This document shows, piece after piece, positions 48,031-57,613 of a DNA stretch of 64,000 nt. This DNA is from Candidatus Spongiisociaceae bacterium (GTDB lineage Bacteria > Actinomycetota > Acidimicrobiia > Spongiisociales > Spongiisociaceae), in NCBI GenBank assembly GCA_965262915.1, contig OZ253564.1, positions 896,001 to 960,000 on the forward strand, written 5' to 3'. The translations under genes were made by a program, and so were the position numbers. Positions within the stretch are counted from its first letter, which is position 1; each line of letters starts with the position of its first letter. The notes under the pieces are model-generated. The model ran no database searches. It was not told the DNA's origin and was given only the letters and a program-made list of their open reading frames with translations.

Positions 48031-49011
48031 CTATTGTCGTAGCCGGGTCCTACCAAATGCGGGGATGACCTCTGAGCCGAGTTGCTCGATACCGTCTTCG
48101 AAGGCGTCCATCCTCTCTCGCAGATCGAGAACCACCTCATCCACCCCTCGGCCCTCCAATTCATGGAGGTCTGTGATCACATCGTCGGCATTCCCGGCGA
48201 TCAGCGCCCCGCGCAGGTCATCCGCCGAGTCGAAGGGCCCATCCGGGCGCCAGGCCGGCTTCCGACGCGACTCCTCGAGAATCCCCTCGACGTTGACTTT
48301 GGCCAGGGCGCGCTCCCGGTTCCGGTCGAGGGAGACCAACGGGACGATGGCGACCCGCATCTTCTTGTCGGTGGCTTCGGCCTCTCCCCGGAGGCGTGCG
48401 GACAATCGATCGAAGACCCGCAGAGGGCACCGGCCGGGGAACCATCCGTCGGCGAAACGGACGGCCCGCCGTATTGCCGCCAGGCTGGATCCGCAATAGA
48501 GCAGCTCCAAGTCTCTCGGTGGGGCCGGGTCCAGCGTGAGATCATCGAATCCGATGAGTGACCCTCGATGGGATGCATGGGGCTGGGACGTGGCCCGCAG
48601 AACCGTCACCATCTCCTCGAACAGGGCCAGGCGATCGTCGATCGAGAGTCCGGCCAGCCGGAAGGCGTTGGGCTGACCGCCCAGCCCGACGCCGAGCACC
48701 AGCCTCCCGCGAGCCAGGTAGGCGAGCGACCCGACCATCTGGGAAAGCACCACGGGCGGGCGTATGGGAACGAGGGTCGCCATCCCCACGGTGAGGTCGG
48801 TGGTTGCCGCCACGGCGCTCATGGCTATGAAAGGATCGACGAAGTGGTGGCTGGGGTTCTCGAACGACACGCCGCCGGCGAAACCCAACTGATCCCGGAA
48901 GTAGACGCTCGAGAATCCGAGTTCCTGCAGGCGCGGGCCGATCCCGAACACCCGATCCCAGGTCGAGTGCGGGCCGAAGTGCGGTATCAGGAGACCGAAG
49001 CGGAGGCTCAT
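48031..49011 (-). CDS. LLM class flavin-dependent oxidoreductase, paralog 2
   Basis: FGLLIPHFGPH N-terminus like 42387..43436, DP, GRL.LGVG.G, ADGW; start 49011 or 49041. Confidence 0.9.
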   Translation of the reverse strand: MSLRFGLLIPHFGPHSTWDRVFGIGPRLQELGFSSVYFRDQLGFAGGVSFENPSHHFVDPFIAMSAVAATTDLTVGMATLVPIRPPVVLSQMVGSLAYLARGRLVLGVGLGGQPNAFRLAGLSIDDRLALFEEMVTVLRATSQPHASHRGSLIGFDDLTLDPAPPRDLELLYCGSSLAAIRRAVRFADGWFPGRCPLRVFDRLSARLRGEAEATDKKMRVAIVPLVSLDRNRERALAKVNVEGILEESRRKPAWRPDGPFDSADDLRGALIAGNADDVITDLHELEGRGVDEVVLDLRERMDAFEDGIEQLGSEVIPAFGRTRLRQ

Positions 49012-49052
49012 TGCTGTCGGATGTTCATCGGTACCGGACATCGTATACGATC

Positions 49053-50237
49053 ATGCCCGTGCCTCCCGGATCTGACGGACCCGTCCGGGTAGCCGCGGTT
49101 CAGGCGGCCCCGGTATTTCTCGACCGGGCTGCGTCCTTGCAGAAGGCTTGCAGTCTGATAAGCGAGGCCGCGGCTGCCGGCGCCCGGCTGATCGCCTTCG
49201 GTGAGAACTTCCTCCCGGGACATCCGATCTGGTTCCACGCGCTGCCGCCCACCGCCGGTCGTTCGAGGGAACTCGCCACCGCCATGGTGGAGAACGCTCT
49301 GACCGTCCCGGGCCCGGAGAGCGACCTTCTGTGCGAGGCCGCTCGCAGTGCCGGAGCGATGCTGGTCATCGGATTCGTCGAACGTCCCGACCCTCGGGTG
49401 AGCGTGGTGTTCGACAGCCAGCTGGTCGTGGCGCCGGACGGCGAGCTGCTCGGCGTGAGGAGAAAGCTGGTGCCCGCCGTGGGCGAGCGGGTCTTCTTCC
49501 ATCCGGGGGGAGAGGAGTCGATCCGGATATTCGATTCGCCGTGGGGACCGGTGAGCGTGCTGGCGGGAGGGGAGAACTCCAATCCGCTCCTCACGTATGC
49601 GATGCGCGGTCTGGGCGCCCGGATCCATGTGGCTCTCTGGCCGCCTCATTTCCATGCCCCCGGCGTGATGCACAACGTCGTGTCGATCACGGGACGGGCT
49701 ATCGCGTACCAGAACACGGCCCACGTGCTCTCCGTGGCAGCTTCATCCGACCTAGCAGCCGTGGCTCGCGTGGAGGCCGGAGCCGATCACCGGGGCAACC
49801 TCGAAGCCATGACCGAGGAGCCGGGGTCCATGATCTACGCACCTCGCGGCACCGTTCTGGCCGGCCCGCAGCGCGGCGAAGGCATCCTGTATGCGGACAT
49901 CGACCCGAATGCCGGAACCTGGGCGCAGCTCGTGAACCGTCAATACGATCGTCCCGATCTCCTGCGGCTCGCCTGGGGTCGGGAAGATGAGCCGCAGGCG
50001 GAGAGCCCACGTGTCGGGGCGGGCACGGACCCCGGGGACTCTTGCACCGGGCAGGATTCTTGGTCGGGGCGTGCCCGGCGACTGATACAGGACCGGTTCG
50101 GGGACGCGCTCGAACCTGCTGATACCGAGGCCCTGGTTCCCTACGTGGTCCAGATCCTCCGTAGGACGGAGAAGCTTGCGCAGCTTGTCCCGGCCTCGGT
50201 CGATCCCCGCACTGCCATGTATGCGGGTGGGCGGTGA
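49053..50237 (+). CDS. Nitrilase-superfamily protein lacking the catalytic Cys, with C-terminal extension
   Basis: VAAVQAAP, F.E.FLPG.P.W, RRKL.P...ER, LAGGEN (Cys replaced by Gly), EGILYADID, Y.RPD. Confidence 0.88.
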   Translation: MPVPPGSDGPVRVAAVQAAPVFLDRAASLQKACSLISEAAAAGARLIAFGENFLPGHPIWFHALPPTAGRSRELATAMVENALTVPGPESDLLCEAARSAGAMLVIGFVERPDPRVSVVFDSQLVVAPDGELLGVRRKLVPAVGERVFFHPGGEESIRIFDSPWGPVSVLAGGENSNPLLTYAMRGLGARIHVALWPPHFHAPGVMHNVVSITGRAIAYQNTAHVLSVAASSDLAAVARVEAGADHRGNLEAMTEEPGSMIYAPRGTVLAGPQRGEGILYADIDPNAGTWAQLVNRQYDRPDLLRLAWGREDEPQAESPRVGAGTDPGDSCTGQDSWSGRARRLIQDRFGDALEPADTEALVPYVVQILRRTEKLAQLVPASVDPRTAMYAGGR

Positions 50238-51691
50238 GCGACAACGTAGCCTTTGTCCCGATCAGTGATTTGGCGCCCCGAGTCTCGTCCCGGGAGGTCT
50301 CCCCGGTCGAGTTGGTCTCCGTGGCCCTCGAACGCATCGACACCCTCGACGCCCGGCTGCGCTCCTACATCACTGTGTTCGAAAAGGAGGCCATGGCCGC
50401 GGCCCGAGCGGCCGAAGATGCGATAGCGAGCGGTAACTATCTAGGTCCGCTCCACGGTATTCCGGTCGCGGTCAAGGACAACATCGCCGTTGCGGGATTT
50501 CCCACCACCAACGGGTCGGTTTTCTGGGAAGACCACACGACGGACTTCGATGCCGAGGTCGTGATCCGTCTCCGCCGAGCCGGGGCCATCATCCTCGGGA
50601 AGAACAACATGCACGAATGGGGTATGGGAGGTACTTGCAAAGGTATGTACTTCGGCACTGTGCGTAACCCCTGGGATCCGTCGCGCATCCCCGGCGGTTC
50701 GAGTGGCGGCTCGGCGGCGGCGGTAAGCGCCGGGATGGCCTGGGCTGCCGTCGGTACCGACGGATGGGGGTCGATCCGGACCCCGGCGTCCTACTGCGGG
50801 GTGGTCGGCTTGATGCCCACCCATGGGCTCGCCAGCCGTTTCGGGGAGTTGCCACCGACCAGCTCGTGGCATCACACCATCGGCCCGATCGCCCGCACCG
50901 TTCGGGACGTTGCAACCCTGCTCGACGCGATGGCCGGACATGACCCGAAGGATCCGACATCTATCCACTGCGGATTCGAGGGCTCCTACCGTGACGGTCT
51001 CGAATCCGGGGTCAGCGGTATGAGGGTGGGTGTGCCCACGTCGTTCTTCTTCGACGACGCGCTGCCCGAGGTGGAGGGCGCGGTTCGGAAAGCCGCCCGG
51101 ACCTTCGAGGATCTGGGTGCGGTGCTGGTTGAGGTTGACCTGTCGGCCTCCTACAACACGCCTCTGGCTTTGGCGGCCGCCCAGCACGAGTCGCAGTCCG
51201 TCCTTCTCCCATACGCCCTCGGCCATCCGGATGGTTTTGCCACCCCCGAGATCCGCTACCGCATCCTGGCCGGGGAGTTCGTCTCCGCGGCCGATCACCG
51301 GAGAGGCATGCAGGTGCGCAACGAGATGCGCACCAAGGTTATGAAAGTGTTCGAGACCGCAGATGTCGTGCTGACACCCTGCAATTCGACGGTGGCTTTC
51401 CCCATCGATGCCAGACAGGTGAGGATCGGTGACGGAACCCACGTCGATCTGGGCGATCCCGGCGGACAGAGCAGGCTCACCACCAGACTCACCCTGCCCT
51501 GGAACCTGGTCGGGGTTCCGGCCATCTCCATACCTTCCGGGAGCCACCTCGACGGCCTGCCGGTGGGGCTGCAGCTGGCCGCCGGCCCGCTGCGGGAGCC
51601 CCAGCTGCTGAGGGTCGCGGCGGCCTACGAAGCCGCGGCCGGCGGTTACCAGGTACCGGGTCTAGTGAACGCCGGTGGGCTTCCGGAGTAG
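50234..51691 (+). CDS. Amidase signature family protein (GatA/AtzE-like)
   Basis: GPLHGIP.AVKD, GK.N.HE, GGSSGGSAAAV, GTD..GSIR.PA, GLP.GLQ; GTGA coupling. Confidence 0.95.
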   Translation: MSDNVAFVPISDLAPRVSSREVSPVELVSVALERIDTLDARLRSYITVFEKEAMAAARAAEDAIASGNYLGPLHGIPVAVKDNIAVAGFPTTNGSVFWEDHTTDFDAEVVIRLRRAGAIILGKNNMHEWGMGGTCKGMYFGTVRNPWDPSRIPGGSSGGSAAAVSAGMAWAAVGTDGWGSIRTPASYCGVVGLMPTHGLASRFGELPPTSSWHHTIGPIARTVRDVATLLDAMAGHDPKDPTSIHCGFEGSYRDGLESGVSGMRVGVPTSFFFDDALPEVEGAVRKAARTFEDLGAVLVEVDLSASYNTPLALAAAQHESQSVLLPYALGHPDGFATPEIRYRILAGEFVSAADHRRGMQVRNEMRTKVMKVFETADVVLTPCNSTVAFPIDARQVRIGDGTHVDLGDPGGQSRLTTRLTLPWNLVGVPAISIPSGSHLDGLPVGLQLAAGPLREPQLLRVAAAYEAAAGGYQVPGLVNAGGLPE

Positions 51692-51695
51692 TTGG

Positions 51696-52637
51696 GTGGC
51701 CGCTCCCGTCCCGCTCCGAGTGTGTCTGTTCAATGGCGCCTCCTCGCTGCCGATCCGCATCGCCGACCATCTCGGGTTGCTGTCGGCTGCCGGCTTCGCG
51801 ACCGAACTGCACCTGACAAAGGGCTCGAAGCAGCTGATGGAGGGTCTGCTGGACGGCCGGTATGACGTGGTGCATGCCGCCCCGGACAACTTCATCGAGT
51901 GGCGAGACCGGACCGGAGCGGACATCGTGGCCTGGATCGGAGGTACCAGCGGACCGCTGCAGCTCATCGGCGCGCCCGAACTGTTGAAAGTCGATGACCT
52001 GGCCGGACACGAGATAGCGGTGGACTCGCCGACATCAGGGTTCGTCTCGGTGTTGAGAAAGATCCTCCGTGCCGGCGGTTTGGCAACCGAGGAGGTCACC
52101 TTCGTACAACGGGGAAGCACGCAGATCCGCTACGAGGTGCTGATGTCCGGTGAGACCTCTGCCACGATGCTGGCCCTGCCCTGGTCTGCCCAGGCTCTCG
52201 AGGCCGGTTTCCGCCTTCTGGGGGACAGAGATCAGGTTCTTCCCGGGATGCAGGGATCGTGCGGAGCGTCGCTCGGAACGTGGCTGGACGCGCAGCCCAA
52301 CCTGGCGGATGCTTATCTGAAGGCGTTGTGCGCCGCCATCACCTGGCTCAACCACTCCGACAATCTCGATGAGGCCAACCGATACATCTCCGAGACCTAC
52401 GACACGAGCGACGCACTCGCCGATACGATCCGGCGCTCCATCATGGATCCCCGGACCGGGTGGTCACCTTCGGCGTTCATCGATCCCGCCGGGATCGACA
52501 TCGTGTGCCAACTACGCGCCGAGAACGGTCGACCTCCTGCCGGGCCGCCCACTTCCTACTACACGCTGGACCCGTACCGCCGGGTGTTCGGATTCGGACT
52601 GACGGAGTGCATAGAACGGCGTGTCTCAGCCGTCTAG
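51696..52637 (+). CDS. NMT1/THI5/SsuA-like binding-protein fold, no signal peptide seen
   Basis: A...G.....G, G.YD......DN, DL.G..IAVD...SG, G.T..R...L..G...AT.L..P. Confidence 0.8.
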   Translation: MAAPVPLRVCLFNGASSLPIRIADHLGLLSAAGFATELHLTKGSKQLMEGLLDGRYDVVHAAPDNFIEWRDRTGADIVAWIGGTSGPLQLIGAPELLKVDDLAGHEIAVDSPTSGFVSVLRKILRAGGLATEEVTFVQRGSTQIRYEVLMSGETSATMLALPWSAQALEAGFRLLGDRDQVLPGMQGSCGASLGTWLDAQPNLADAYLKALCAAITWLNHSDNLDEANRYISETYDTSDALADTIRRSIMDPRTGWSPSAFIDPAGIDIVCQLRAENGRPPAGPPTSYYTLDPYRRVFGFGLTECIERRVSAV

Positions 52638-52679
52638 ATGGTTAATTCCAAGAAGTTAGTAGAGGCTCGGTTCGTACTT

Positions 52680-52880
52680 GGTCGTCACCTTGGCCGAGGC
52701 AAGACGCAACGTGCTCGCGGACCGAAGGGCCATCGAATTGGGCTGCGACCCGCGAGGTGGCCGCATACCGACCTCCGACCAGGCCGCGGAGAAGGTGATC
52801 GCGCTTCACGCGGCGGATTGGAAACCGGGAGGCAAAGCCGAGGCCCAATGGCGGTTGTCGCTTACCGTCTACACGATTGG
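52680..52880 (+). pseudogene. Remnant of P4-like tyrosine integrase (arm/core-binding region)
   Basis: VTLAEARR.....R.AI..G.DP....PT...AA...I..H...WK......QW..SL..Y; no catalytic domain follows. Confidence 0.7.
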
Positions 52881-53532
52881 TCTTCCTGTCGCTCCATCCT
52901 CCCCAACAAATCAAGTCGCCGAAGTAACCGGTGCGGTTCAAACCTTCCATTGTTGTTATCGAATTGTGAGCACATCGAGGATGCCTTGCAGTCCTGGTGC
53001 TAGTGTCCTGAATCAGAAAATCGTTACAGATACCCGGAAGCGGGCTGAGCAACCCACCCGCCCGATTCCCAATAACGAGAACGCCGAAAAACGCCCGAAC
53101 GGACCACTTCCGTGGGCCCGCCCCCGCCGCCACCTCCATCGGTCCCCGACCGCGCTCCCCTCATCCCCCGGGAGGGTCGGCGCGAAGCATTGTGATCCCT
53201 GCCCCGGTCCGCTTGACGTCGGAACCGAACCGGTGGTGTATACGGCTATCAAACATTATACAACGTGGGTGTGACAGGATCAACCCTTTCGTGGCAGCCG
53301 GTTACCTGGAGAGGGAGGACCGGGGTCCGGTCGGGGCCGTCGGCAGTCCGATGAAGCTGTATTCACCACAACGAACTTGAGATTCGGGACACTAGAAGCT
53401 CGTACTGCAAAAGGCATGGTCCTCCGTAAACCTGTATAGTGAACCGCCATGGCTTCGTCGGGTTCGCGGACGCATGCCGACACACGGTGCCACACATCCA
53501 CGACGGCGCCGGACTTCAACTTGGAGGAGAGT

Positions 53533-54921
53533 ATGAGAAGCATTGCACGTCAGAACAAGGGGTGGGTTGCACTCACCGTTGTACTCGTCCTGATCGCCGC
53601 TGCGTGCGGAGGCGACGACGCTCCGGCGACGACCGCGGCCACAACTGCGGCGCCCACCACTGCAGCGACGACGGCCGCACCCACGACGGCCGTTGCAGGA
53701 CCAACGGGCGAGATAACGGTGGCTGTCCACCCTGACTGGGACTTCATACGTGACGGCGCCGACCAATACATGGCCGCGAACCCGGGGACCACGATCATTC
53801 TGGAGTCCATAGTCGGCGGAAACGACTATTTCCCGACCTTGCCGCGGATTCTCTCGACTGACGAGGCACCGGACGTGACCGTGCTCCAGGTAGGATTCGC
53901 CGGAACCTGGGAAGACCTCGTGAATACGGGGACTCTGGCGGATCTCAGCGGCGTATACGCTGAGGATGGCCTTGAGGACGCCTTTCTCGGTCCCGTGGTT
54001 GCGACCTACACCGATGCAGATGGAGGGCATTCTGCGATAAACGTCGGGCTCAACTGGATTCCGGTCGTCTATTACAACGAGGACATGTTCACCGACCTTG
54101 GGATTGAGGCTCCCGATGGCGGTCGAGTCGCCTCAATGGAAGACTGGTATGCAATCACGGATGCTCTGAAGGATGCGGGTAAGACACCCCTAGCGCTAGC
54201 CGTCAGCGGATTCAGAGCCACAATGTGGTTTACGGGCCAGTATATGGCGAGCAACTGCGGGACCGAATGGGCTCTGGCGCTGGAGCAAGGGTGGCTGCCC
54301 GGAGCAACTCCAACAGCTAGGTTCACGGATGCCTGCGCCGTAGAAGCATTTGAGGTCATTAATACCGATTGGAATGATCGGGGAGTCTACGGAGATTCTC
54401 CGTCGACCGTGACTCGGGATATCGGCCAGACCCTGTTCTTCACGGAAGAAGCAGGGATGTTCATGAGCGGCAGCTGGGAGGTGGCGGCAATTAACGCCGC
54501 GGACCTGCCCTTCGACGGGAGTTGGCTGCTGTTGCCTTCGTTGGCAGTTGAGCCGACCCATTTCCAGTTGGCAACGATTGACGGCTTGGGAGTTGCAGCC
54601 AATAGCGACAATCCAGAGTTGGCCGCAGACTTCATTTCCTACATTGCCGGCGCGGAATTTCAGACATATATGGCCCAGTACTCCCGGTTCTCGGGCCGGA
54701 AAGATGTTGTCCCGGATCCAGCGACGGTTCCCCCACTTGCCCTGAGTCAACTCGCAGCACTTGATGAGTTCGCGGGTCAGCCGGCACCGAACACGTTGCT
54801 ACACATCCGGCTTCGAGATCGAATTGCGGAAGGCTGGGTGGAGATGCTGGTAGGGACGACAACTGCCACGGAGCTCGCTGCGGATCTAGAGCGCATTGCA
54901 GATGAGCTCAGGGCGGGTTAG
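53533..54921 (+). CDS. Carbohydrate-type ABC substrate-binding lipoprotein
   Basis: IAAAC lipobox, TTAA repeats, PDV, YYN.D.F..LG, F....A.M...GSW; GGAGGAG RBS. Confidence 0.92.
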   Translation: MRSIARQNKGWVALTVVLVLIAAACGGDDAPATTAATTAAPTTAATTAAPTTAVAGPTGEITVAVHPDWDFIRDGADQYMAANPGTTIILESIVGGNDYFPTLPRILSTDEAPDVTVLQVGFAGTWEDLVNTGTLADLSGVYAEDGLEDAFLGPVVATYTDADGGHSAINVGLNWIPVVYYNEDMFTDLGIEAPDGGRVASMEDWYAITDALKDAGKTPLALAVSGFRATMWFTGQYMASNCGTEWALALEQGWLPGATPTARFTDACAVEAFEVINTDWNDRGVYGDSPSTVTRDIGQTLFFTEEAGMFMSGSWEVAAINAADLPFDGSWLLLPSLAVEPTHFQLATIDGLGVAANSDNPELAADFISYIAGAEFQTYMAQYSRFSGRKDVVPDPATVPPLALSQLAALDEFAGQPAPNTLLHIRLRDRIAEGWVEMLVGTTTATELAADLERIADELRAG

Positions 54922-54960
54922 GAGACGGCTAACTACCAGCGTACCGGAACTCAGATGTAA

Positions 54961-55887
54961 TTGGTGATTTCGCCTTCTCGCCAAACTAGTCGGACACCTC
55001 CACCCAGTGGAGGTGTCCGACGTTGGCCGGTGTGGCTCGTGTTTGCCCTACCCGCCGTCTCTCTGTCGGCCTTCCTTCTCTTATATCCATTCCTAGATTC
55101 GGCGCGAATCTCATTGCTCGATTGGACAGGCGCCGGTCAGGGGACCTTTGTCGGACTTGACAATTACTCCGACCTGGCACGTGACCCAATTGCTAGATTG
55201 GCGATTCGGAATACCCTCGTCTATTCAATTGGAATGACGATCGGAACTGTCGGGATAGGCGGTGCCATCGCTTTAGCGATCGACCGGAGAATCCCAGGCT
55301 CGTCCGCATTCAAATTCCTTATCTTCCTGCCTGTATTGCTGCCGATCGTCTTCACCAGTCTTGTGTGGGCCTTCTTCCTTGATGGTAACTTCGGGGGGAT
55401 CAACGACATTCTTGGATGGATACATCCGGCCCTTCCGCGCCCCTGGCTTGGCGATCCTGCCACGGTCAACATCATGATCATTCTTGTTAGTGTTCTCCAG
55501 TTCACCGGCTTTCCGATGGTTATACTGATCGCTGCATTGCGGGATATACCGCGCGCCATCCATGAGGCCGCGACCATTGATGGAGTATCCGCACTGCAGC
55601 GTGTTCGACACATCAGCATTCCGTCTATCCGAGATGTCATTGCAACTATTACCCTCATCCAGTTCATGTTTGGCTTTCGAGTATTCGATCAGGTTTTTGT
55701 CATGACTCGAGGCGGGCCGGGCCGCCTCTCGGAAGTCGCAGCGACGTTTGTCTGGCGCGAGGCGTTCGTCAACAGAAGGTTCGGCTACGCAACAGCCCAG
55801 GCGATTGTTACGAGTTTGGTCATAGCCATAATATCAATGGCTTATCTCACCATTCTTAGGCCAAGACGCCTTGAGCAAGCCGGATAG
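54961..55887 (+). CDS. Carbohydrate ABC permease
   Basis: FVGLDNY, IP..IHEAA.IDG, F.VFD.V..MT.GGP, GYA.A. Confidence 0.92.
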   Translation: MVISPSRQTSRTPPPSGGVRRWPVWLVFALPAVSLSAFLLLYPFLDSARISLLDWTGAGQGTFVGLDNYSDLARDPIARLAIRNTLVYSIGMTIGTVGIGGAIALAIDRRIPGSSAFKFLIFLPVLLPIVFTSLVWAFFLDGNFGGINDILGWIHPALPRPWLGDPATVNIMIILVSVLQFTGFPMVILIAALRDIPRAIHEAATIDGVSALQRVRHISIPSIRDVIATITLIQFMFGFRVFDQVFVMTRGGPGRLSEVAATFVWREAFVNRRFGYATAQAIVTSLVIAIISMAYLTILRPRRLEQAG

Positions 55888-55898
55888 CGCCTACTAAC

Positions 55899-56750
55899 AT
55901 GTCGCAACGATGGAGCATACCAGCAAGTGTCCTCAAGGTTCTCGGCTTCGCTTGCCTAGTTCTATGGACCTTGGCGACGATCGTACCGGTCCTAGGAAGC
56001 TTGCTCTCCTCGGTCAAGTCACAGACTGAGATCATCGCCGAACCACTGAACTCCCCATCGAGACTCCTCTTTGACAACTACGGCAGAGCTTGGGAGGGCA
56101 CCAACCTTGGGGAGCCATTGGTTGTATTTGCACGCAACAGCGTCATCGCAACCAGCGTAGGAGTTGTGCTCGGGGTTGGAGCGGGCGTGCTTGCCGGATA
56201 TGCGATCGCCAGAAGCCGAACAAGGTTCGGTGGGCTCCTGAATCGCTATTTCGTCCTCCTGATCACACTGCCGTTCATAGTGACATGGATACCGCTCTTC
56301 GTACTCTCAGACCGCCTTGGGGTCCTGAGCAACCCGTTAGTACTTGGCGTGATGTACGGTGCCCGGCTCATTCCTTTCGCGGCCGTCATGATGCGCGCCT
56401 ACTTTTCCTCGTTTCCTCTGGACCTTATCGAAGCGGCTCAGATCGATGGAGCGACCGAGTTCTCGGCCTTCCGGCGCATCGTATTGCCGCTATCCTGGGG
56501 AGGTGTGCTCGCAATTGCCCTCGTTCAAGTCATCTTTATTTGGAATGAACTCGGACTCGGACAAGTTCTCTTGTTGAGTCCCGATAGCCGAACACTACCG
56601 GTTGGATTGACACAATTTCGAGGCCAGTATGGTGCTGACTATGGGGCACTCTTCGCTTCGCTCGTGCTCACTATATCTCCGATAATAGTCCTCTATACCT
56701 TCACTGAGAGAAGACTTACGGAGGGCCTCCGAATAGGAGCCATAAAGTGA
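55899..56750 (+). CDS. Carbohydrate ABC permease
   Basis: NY..AW, LIEAA.IDGA, WNE, TLPVGL, G...GA.K. Confidence 0.92.
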   Translation: MSQRWSIPASVLKVLGFACLVLWTLATIVPVLGSLLSSVKSQTEIIAEPLNSPSRLLFDNYGRAWEGTNLGEPLVVFARNSVIATSVGVVLGVGAGVLAGYAIARSRTRFGGLLNRYFVLLITLPFIVTWIPLFVLSDRLGVLSNPLVLGVMYGARLIPFAAVMMRAYFSSFPLDLIEAAQIDGATEFSAFRRIVLPLSWGGVLAIALVQVIFIWNELGLGQVLLLSPDSRTLPVGLTQFRGQYGADYGALFASLVLTISPIIVLYTFTERRLTEGLRIGAIK

Positions 56751-56904
56751 CAAGTCATATAGATCATGGACTCTGTGGCCCTGGGCTAGGGAGAATACCT
56801 GACTCGACCAAAGTTTACCCAGGACCTTCACAAGGGTACTCATCTAGATACGTCTACGTTTTGGCATCCTTATCCGACGCCGCTTGGTCGAGTAAGGAAG
56901 CACC

Positions 56905-57400
56905 GTGAAAACAATTGCAGTCAACAACGCTAGTCGCCTCTTCGGAACCGCTGGTGTCTACTTCGGCGTCGAAGGGCCTTCAAGACCGTTGTTGCCGGTT
57001 CCTTCGGAATCCGTTGGGGTGAGGTTCTTGTCACAACCAAGTTCGGAGAACTCCATCCCGAGGGTGACGAAGGCTCGTGAGGCATCCACCGCGATTGATC
57101 AAACCGCTGTGGAGAACAGTCTTCGGCGGTTCGAAACAGAGTGGATCGATCTCTATCAACTCCGTGTGCCCGATCCATCGCGGCCGTGGAGGAGCCTCTT
57201 TGGTTCGGCTCAAGAACTTGTGGATACCCACAAGTGCGAGAGATCGGGAACGCTGGAGTCAACGTGGAACAGATGAAATACGCAGATCAGGCCGCCAGCG
57301 ACAGTGCCCAGGCAAGAGTCGGTACGAGGCAGTTCGAATGGGACCTGCTCACCTGGAGCGCGATGGCTCCAGAGGACGGTGCGCTGATGACGCGCTGATG
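56905..57400 (+). pseudogene. Aldo/keto reductase pseudogene
   Basis: Pieces in different frames: LFGTAGVY, EVLVTTKFG, ENSLRRFETEWIDLYQL..PD, REIG; boundaries approximate. Confidence 0.75.
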
Positions 57401-57613
57401 ACGAACCGTCCCCTCGACGTGCGCCTCGACAGTGCTGGGGAGGGTCGACATGGTCTTTGCAAGCAGGCCGCCTAGGTCCTGTTCGATGTGAGACGGCGTA
57501 CCACGTGAGGGGTCATCGACCCCCAGCCCGGTGTCAGCGATAGCCACTTTGGCTATAGGTCCGGCGCAGCCTGGTCCGCGTCTGCAACGGTTTTCCTAGA
57601 GGAGGGATTCATC

